64,000 nucleotides of DNA from Acidimicrobiia bacterium (GTDB lineage: Bacteria; Actinomycetota; Acidimicrobiia; ATN3; PSLF01). The stretch is taken from positions 21,224-85,223 of the forward strand of contig PSLF01000008.1 of the NCBI GenBank assembly GCA_040289475.1, given 5' to 3'. Below the pieces are notes generated by a model. The model saw only the letters and a program-made list of their open reading frames with translations. It did not search any database and was not told the origin of the DNA. A program made the translations under genes and the position numbers. This document shows, in pieces, positions 59,292-64,000 of this stretch; position 1 is the first letter of the stretch; the number at the start of each line of letters is the position of its first letter.

Positions 59292-60353
59292 GTGGCTTAT
59301 AAGGCGGGTATCGCAGGAGTATCGGGATACGCGGGGGGCGAAATTTTGAGGCTGTTAGCTTGCCACCCGTATCTAGAAATTGCATGGGTTGGGGGTGAGG
59401 CCTCGACTGGAACCACCTTGGCAGAACTTCATCCTTGGTTGCATGAAAGTCTTGATGATCGAGGGCTTCCTAGGATGAAAGTCCAGGGAGTGAGCGAATC
59501 CTTGGACTTGTCCGGCCTTGACCTGCTCTTTACTTGCCTCCCTGCGGGAGAGTCGTCCCGGTACTTGGCCAAATTGGGTGCGAAAACACCCGATCGAATA
59601 GTCGATGTGGGTCCGGACTTCAGGCTGCCCGAGGAAACACACCTTGTGTGGTATGGCTTTTCGCGTCCCGAAGAAGCAGGTACTGGCGAGTGGGTTTACG
59701 GATTTACGGAGGCTTACCGCTCTGTAATTTCGGCTGCAAAGCGAGTTGCTAATCCGGGGTGCTATGCGTACGCCGCGCTGCTGGCTTTGTATCCCTTGGC
59801 AAAAGAAAAAGTCATTAGGGGAGAGATCTTCATTGATGGGAAATCTGGGTTATCTGGGGCAGGACGAGGAGCCGAAAAACGACTATTGCTTTCGGAGGCA
59901 ACGGAAAACACGGTCGCCTACGCGGTGGAAGGTCACAGGCACCAGCCCGAGATCGAGATGGTTTTGGAGGATTTGTGTGGCGCGACGATGGTGGTATTCG
60001 TCCCACACTTGGTCCCGATGGCACGAGGACTGATGGTGACAGCGTACGTTCCGCTTTCTCCCGATATTGGAGCCGAGACGGTATCAGCGATTTACTCGGA
60101 AATCTACGCCGGTGAGCCATTTGTAGCTATGACTTCAGCTCCTCCCAACACCAAGGCAGTGCGGGGATCAAACATGGCTGCAATTCACGTTGCAGTGCGG
60201 CAGAGGGGAAATGAAGGTTTCAAGGTTGCGGTAGCAACGGTGGCCATCGACAACTTGGGCAAGGGTGCAGCCGGATCGGCAATTCACAACGCCAACGTCA
60301 TGCTCGGACTCGATGAAACAGCAGGCCTTTCTTCTTGGGGCTTGTGGCCGTAA
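59292..60353 (+). CDS. argC: N-acetyl-gamma-glutamyl-phosphate reductase
   Basis: VAYKAGIAGVSGYAGGEILRLL canonical N-terminus (GTG start at 59292 inferred; ORF is open from 59220). Confidence 0.92.
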   Translation: MAYKAGIAGVSGYAGGEILRLLACHPYLEIAWVGGEASTGTTLAELHPWLHESLDDRGLPRMKVQGVSESLDLSGLDLLFTCLPAGESSRYLAKLGAKTPDRIVDVGPDFRLPEETHLVWYGFSRPEEAGTGEWVYGFTEAYRSVISAAKRVANPGCYAYAALLALYPLAKEKVIRGEIFIDGKSGLSGAGRGAEKRLLLSEATENTVAYAVEGHRHQPEIEMVLEDLCGATMVVFVPHLVPMARGLMVTAYVPLSPDIGAETVSAIYSEIYAGEPFVAMTSAPPNTKAVRGSNMAAIHVAVRQRGNEGFKVAVATVAIDNLGKGAAGSAIHNANVMLGLDETAGLSSWGLWP

Positions 60354-60386
60354 AAGGTCAGTGCGGAGGTGAGGTGAGGCTGAGGA

Positions 60387-61667
60387 GTGAGCGTGGTTCC
60401 TGAGGAAGTCTTCGAATTGGGATTCGAACTGGAATCTTTTGGAGGGAGGCTCCTAGACGGGGGGACTATCACTTCTGTTACAGGAATAGAAGCAGGAGTC
60501 GGAGCGGCGGGAATGCGTCGTAGTAAAGCGCCCGATGTGGCGCTTATTGCAGTAGAAGGTACGGGGAAAAGAGCTTGTGGAACAGGTGTCTTCACCGCGA
60601 ACAAAGCAAAAGCAGCTCCTGTGTTGGTGTCTATGGGGGTGGTCGAGAGTGGGTCTTCAATTGAAGGGATTGTTGCTAACGCAGGGTGTGCCAACGCTTT
60701 GACGGGGGAAAAAGGTCTCGAGGATGCCAAGGCAATGCAGCGAGCTGCAGCCCACGTCATTGGTGCCAATGAAGACTGCGTTCTTGTTGCTTCTACGGGA
60801 ATAATCGGGACTTTCCTCCCTATAGAAGCTGTGACTTCGGCGATAAATGCGATTGCTATGTCTTCATCTGAAGACGCCGGGCACCAGGCTGCCCGAGCAA
60901 TCATGACGACCGATAGATTTCCAAAGGAATGCGCAGTCGGGGTGGAGTCAATAGACGGCACCGTGACTGTCGGGGCGATCGCAAAAGGCGCTGCCATGCT
61001 CGAGCCCGCAATGGCTACCATGCTGGCCTTTGTTGCTACCGACGCTTTTGTCGATCCCAACACGCTTCGACGTCTTTTGAGAAACTCGGTTTCGAAGACC
61101 TTCAACAAGATGAGCGTTGATGCCTGCATGTCCACGAACGACTGCGTTCTTGCGGTGGCTACCGGAGAAGGTCCTAGTGTCAAATTCGGCGATGCTGTGA
61201 CATCTGCCGTTGGGAATGTCTTACAGAAGGGTCTTGACTTTGTGTGCGCCTATCTCGCGCTCGAAATGGCTCGGGACGGAGAGGGTTCCAACAGACTAGC
61301 AGTGCTGCGGATAAGAGGTGCTGCATCTCAAAGCGACGCCGAGCGAGTGGCGCGTGCGATCGCCTCTTCGACTCTGGTGCGTTGTTCGTTGTATGGAGGA
61401 GATCCTTACTGGGGCAGGATCGTTGCTGAGGCCGGAAGCGTCGCTCGGTATTTCGATTCTCGGGCTGTCTCGGTTTGGTACGGCCCCTTCGAGGTGTGTC
61501 GGAATGGCGTGGCCACTTCGGAATGGCATTCGAACGATCTCTCTTCTTACATGTCCTCTTCGGAAGTGGAAATCGTTTGCGACTTGGGCATGGGACCTTT
61601 TGGAACCGTAAGAGTTATTGCCGCCCTGGGTCCAGGCTACGTTGAAGAAAACATGGCTACTTCTTGA
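60387..61667 (+). CDS. argJ: Bifunctional glutamate N-acetyltransferase / amino-acid acetyltransferase
   Basis: ArgJ family, autoproteolytic ATML-type site (PAMATMLAFVATDA). Confidence 0.93.
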   Translation: MSVVPEEVFELGFELESFGGRLLDGGTITSVTGIEAGVGAAGMRRSKAPDVALIAVEGTGKRACGTGVFTANKAKAAPVLVSMGVVESGSSIEGIVANAGCANALTGEKGLEDAKAMQRAAAHVIGANEDCVLVASTGIIGTFLPIEAVTSAINAIAMSSSEDAGHQAARAIMTTDRFPKECAVGVESIDGTVTVGAIAKGAAMLEPAMATMLAFVATDAFVDPNTLRRLLRNSVSKTFNKMSVDACMSTNDCVLAVATGEGPSVKFGDAVTSAVGNVLQKGLDFVCAYLALEMARDGEGSNRLAVLRIRGAASQSDAERVARAIASSTLVRCSLYGGDPYWGRIVAEAGSVARYFDSRAVSVWYGPFEVCRNGVATSEWHSNDLSSYMSSSEVEIVCDLGMGPFGTVRVIAALGPGYVEENMATS

Positions 61668-61670
61668 GCA

Positions 61671-62597
61671 ATGAATCCAGGGAGAGATGTCGCATCCACC
61701 CAGTACAAGGCCTCGGTGCTCATCGAGGCCCTCGCATATATCAAGGCTTATTCGAACAAGACAGTCGTGATCAAGTTGGGCGGAGCGGCGATGACGACGC
61801 CGAGTCTAGCGGAGGCATTCGCTGAGGACATGGCGCTCATGCGTCTGGTCGGTATTCGTCCCGTGGTAGTACATGGAGGCGGCCGCCAGATCTCGGAAAT
61901 GATGACCAAGCTAGGGATGCAGCCCCGTTTTGTCGGAGGATTGCGGGTCAGCGACGAACAGACGGTAGAGGTGGCCCGAATGGTTCTACTCGGCCACATA
62001 AACAGGCGCATCGTCGGACTTATCAATCGCCACGGCGACTTGGCAATGGGCCTTTCGGGAGAAGATGGAAACCTGTTTGTCACTCGTAGACGACTCGGTC
62101 CGGGTGGCGAGGATTTAGGGTTGGTGGGAGAGGTCGAAGAAGTACGCCCCGGTGTCGTCTTGAAACTTTTAGACGATGGCCTCATCCCTGTGATCGCTCC
62201 GTTGGGAGTCTCGCCTGATGGAGAGGTCCACAACATCAACGCCGATACGGCTGCTGGAGCCATCGCCATTGCTCTGGGCGCGGAAAAGCTGGTCTATCTA
62301 ACCGATGTCCGCGGATTGTACGAAGATTTAGGGGACGAAGAATCTTTGCTTTCTGAGGTCAGCTTGGAAGAGCTCGAAAGAATGCTGCAAAAGGGAAAGC
62401 TTTCCGAGGGGATGCTTCCCAAGATTTCGTCGTGCTTGACGGCACTAAAGGGTGGGGTGCCTCGGGCTCACATCCTAGATGGCAGGGTAGAGCACGCTGT
62501 CCTGCTGGAGGTCTTCACACCGGAGGGAATCGGGACAATGGCCCGTGCTCCGGGATCTCCGACCGAGAAGGAATTTCGATCCCGTGGAAGATTATAG
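61671..62597 (+). CDS. argB: Acetylglutamate kinase
   Basis: VVIKLGGAAM ... VVVHGGGRQI motifs. Confidence 0.95.
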   Translation: MNPGRDVASTQYKASVLIEALAYIKAYSNKTVVIKLGGAAMTTPSLAEAFAEDMALMRLVGIRPVVVHGGGRQISEMMTKLGMQPRFVGGLRVSDEQTVEVARMVLLGHINRRIVGLINRHGDLAMGLSGEDGNLFVTRRRLGPGGEDLGLVGEVEEVRPGVVLKLLDDGLIPVIAPLGVSPDGEVHNINADTAAGAIAIALGAEKLVYLTDVRGLYEDLGDEESLLSEVSLEELERMLQKGKLSEGMLPKISSCLTALKGGVPRAHILDGRVEHAVLLEVFTPEGIGTMARAPGSPTEKEFRSRGRL

Positions 62598-62649
62598 TTC
62601 CGGGCTTTCTAAAGCTATAGGCGAGCCAGCAGCTTCAGGGGCTCGCGCG

Positions 62650-63861
62650 ATGGATGTTGCCGAAGCCGCAGCGATCGAGGGTCGCTGCATCATGCCTACT
62701 TATTCACGCTTCCCCGTGGTTTTTGTCCGAGGGACGGGATGCAGACTGATCGATTCGGAGGAGCGATCCTACCTTGATTTCGTAGCAGGAATTGCGACAA
62801 CTAGCCTAGGGCATGCTCATCCGGAGCTTGCAGAGGCGGTCGCTGAGCAAGCTGCTCTGCTGGTTCACACTTCTAACCTTTATTACACGGTTCCCCAACT
62901 TCGTCTCGCCGAAGAACTGAGGCGTCTAAACGGGTGGGGAAGGGTGTTCTATGCATCATCGGGAGCAGAAGCGATCGAGTGCGCTATCAAGCTCGTCCGA
63001 AAGTACTGGCATTTGCGCGATCCAGCGCGTCGAAAAATTGTTGCTTTCGAAAACTCTTTTCATGGGCGGACGATGGGAGCTTTGTCCATAACGGGCCAGC
63101 CCTCCAAGAGGATCCCCTTTGAGCCTTTGGTGGGATCGATTGAGTACGTAGATCCGCGCTCGCCCGAGCACATTTGCGAGGTGATTAAAGATGCGGGCGC
63201 TCTTTTTCTAGAGGTAATACAGGGAGAAGGCGGGATTCACCCACTCGGCGTCGACGCGGTTAGAGCGATAAACGAGGCGAGGGAAGTTTCAGGCGCATTG
63301 GTGGTTGTCGACGAGGTTCAGACAGGACTTTGCCGGACAGGGAAGTGGTTGGCTTTTCATCACGAGAGGTGGCAAGTGCTTAGACCTGATATCTTCACGC
63401 TCGGCAAGGCGCTCGGCAATGGCTTTCCCATCTCCGCATGTGTGGCCCGTGAAGAGGTCGCGTCGGCCTTCGCTCCTGGTGAGCACGGCACGACGCTGGG
63501 CGGCGGTCCCGTAGTCTCGGCAGTAGCGTGCAAGGTACTCGAGATCATGCGGCGTTTGTCTCTCGATGATCGGGCGGCGCGATATGGAAAACTTCTCGCG
63601 GCTGCAGTAGCGTCGCTGCCGGGTATACGAGAAGTGAGGGGAGAAGGTCTTCTGCTAGGGGCGGACACAGAGGTGCCCGCAAAGTCCGTCGCTGAGGCAG
63701 CTTTGCAACGGGGCCTGTTGATCAACGCTGTGGGCGAGTACACCATCAGGCTCTGTCCACCGCTAGTAATCACAGAGGATGATATCGAGGAGGGAGTCGA
63801 GAAACTAAAAGATGCCCTCGAGACATCGCTTCAGCCTTGTGACCGGAAGAAACTGTTGTGA
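62650..63861 (+). CDS. argD: Acetylornithine aminotransferase
   Basis: Class III PLP aminotransferase, PLP-Lys region (DIFTLGKALGNGFPI); start set at internal ATG 62650. Confidence 0.92.
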   Translation: MDVAEAAAIEGRCIMPTYSRFPVVFVRGTGCRLIDSEERSYLDFVAGIATTSLGHAHPELAEAVAEQAALLVHTSNLYYTVPQLRLAEELRRLNGWGRVFYASSGAEAIECAIKLVRKYWHLRDPARRKIVAFENSFHGRTMGALSITGQPSKRIPFEPLVGSIEYVDPRSPEHICEVIKDAGALFLEVIQGEGGIHPLGVDAVRAINEAREVSGALVVVDEVQTGLCRTGKWLAFHHERWQVLRPDIFTLGKALGNGFPISACVAREEVASAFAPGEHGTTLGGGPVVSAVACKVLEIMRRLSLDDRAARYGKLLAAAVASLPGIREVRGEGLLLGADTEVPAKSVAEAALQRGLLINAVGEYTIRLCPPLVITEDDIEEGVEKLKDALETSLQPCDRKKLL

Positions 63862-64000
63862 TATCTCCTATTCCCTCCCTAAGAGGCCGAGACATTCTTG
63901 ATGTAGACGACCTTGGGCGAGAAGAGCTATTAGCCGTGGTCGACTTGGCACTCCAAGCAAAGTCCGATCCTTCTCGTCTGCAGGGAGGGCTTGAGGGACG
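63858..64000 (+). CDS. argF: Ornithine carbamoyltransferase (5' fragment, runs off the window)
   Basis: GTG at 63858 overlapping the argD stop; LRGRDILDVDDLGREELLAVVDLA typical OTC N-terminus. Confidence 0.8.
   Translation, partial: MISPIPSLRGRDILDVDDLGREELLAVVDLALQAKSDPSRLQGGLEG

Noticed and set aside
60284-61183. 299-aa minus-strand ORF inside argC/argJ
   Set aside because: Antisense shadow ORF of a well-supported gene; Ser/Ala-rich low complexity.
1-64000. CRISPR arrays, IS elements/transposases, integrases, tRNA or rRNA genes
   Set aside because: No regularly spaced repeat-spacer arrays, no transposase or integrase-like ORFs, no tRNA-like cloverleaf candidates seen. The only repeats are the 37-bp pilD duplication and simple-sequence tracts.

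Overview
High-GC (~58%) chromosomal segment, very probably from an actinobacterium. Basis: mihF (actinobacterial IHF) is present and the gene order matches the conserved actinobacterial backbone alaS-ruvX-mltG-aroE ... aroC-aroK-aroB-aroQ-pepP-efp-nusB / pyrR-pyrB-pyrC-carA-carB-pyrD-mihF-gmk-rpoZ-coaBC-metK-priA-def-fmt-rpe-ribD-ribE-ribBA-ribH / hisG-csp-infC-rpmI-rplT-pheS-pheT / argC-argJ-argB-argD-argF. Almost every gene is on the + strand; the single exception is one GGDEF gene. A ~14.5 kb block lies between aroE and aroC. It contains (i) a roadblock/LC7 (MglB-like) + DUF4388/PATAN + small Ras-like GTPase (MglA/CvnD-like) + proline-rich protein cassette, and (ii) a complete monoderm-type type IVa pilus cluster directly downstream: pilB, pilT, pilC, pilA, pilD, HTH regulator, pilM, pilN, pilO, pilP-like, with no secretin. 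The GTPase/PATAN polarity-type module coupled to the pilus cluster is the most interesting system in the window. Other notable points: PilT carries an extra N-terminal T2SSE_N/MshEN-like domain; NusB is fused to a nucleotide pyrophosphatase/phosphodiesterase-type domain; an orphan receiver and a sensor-less histidine kinase sit inside housekeeping operons; infC appears to use a non-AUG start; and a promoter/dyad operator candidate lies upstream of argC. No rRNA, tRNA, CRISPR or IS element was recognised.
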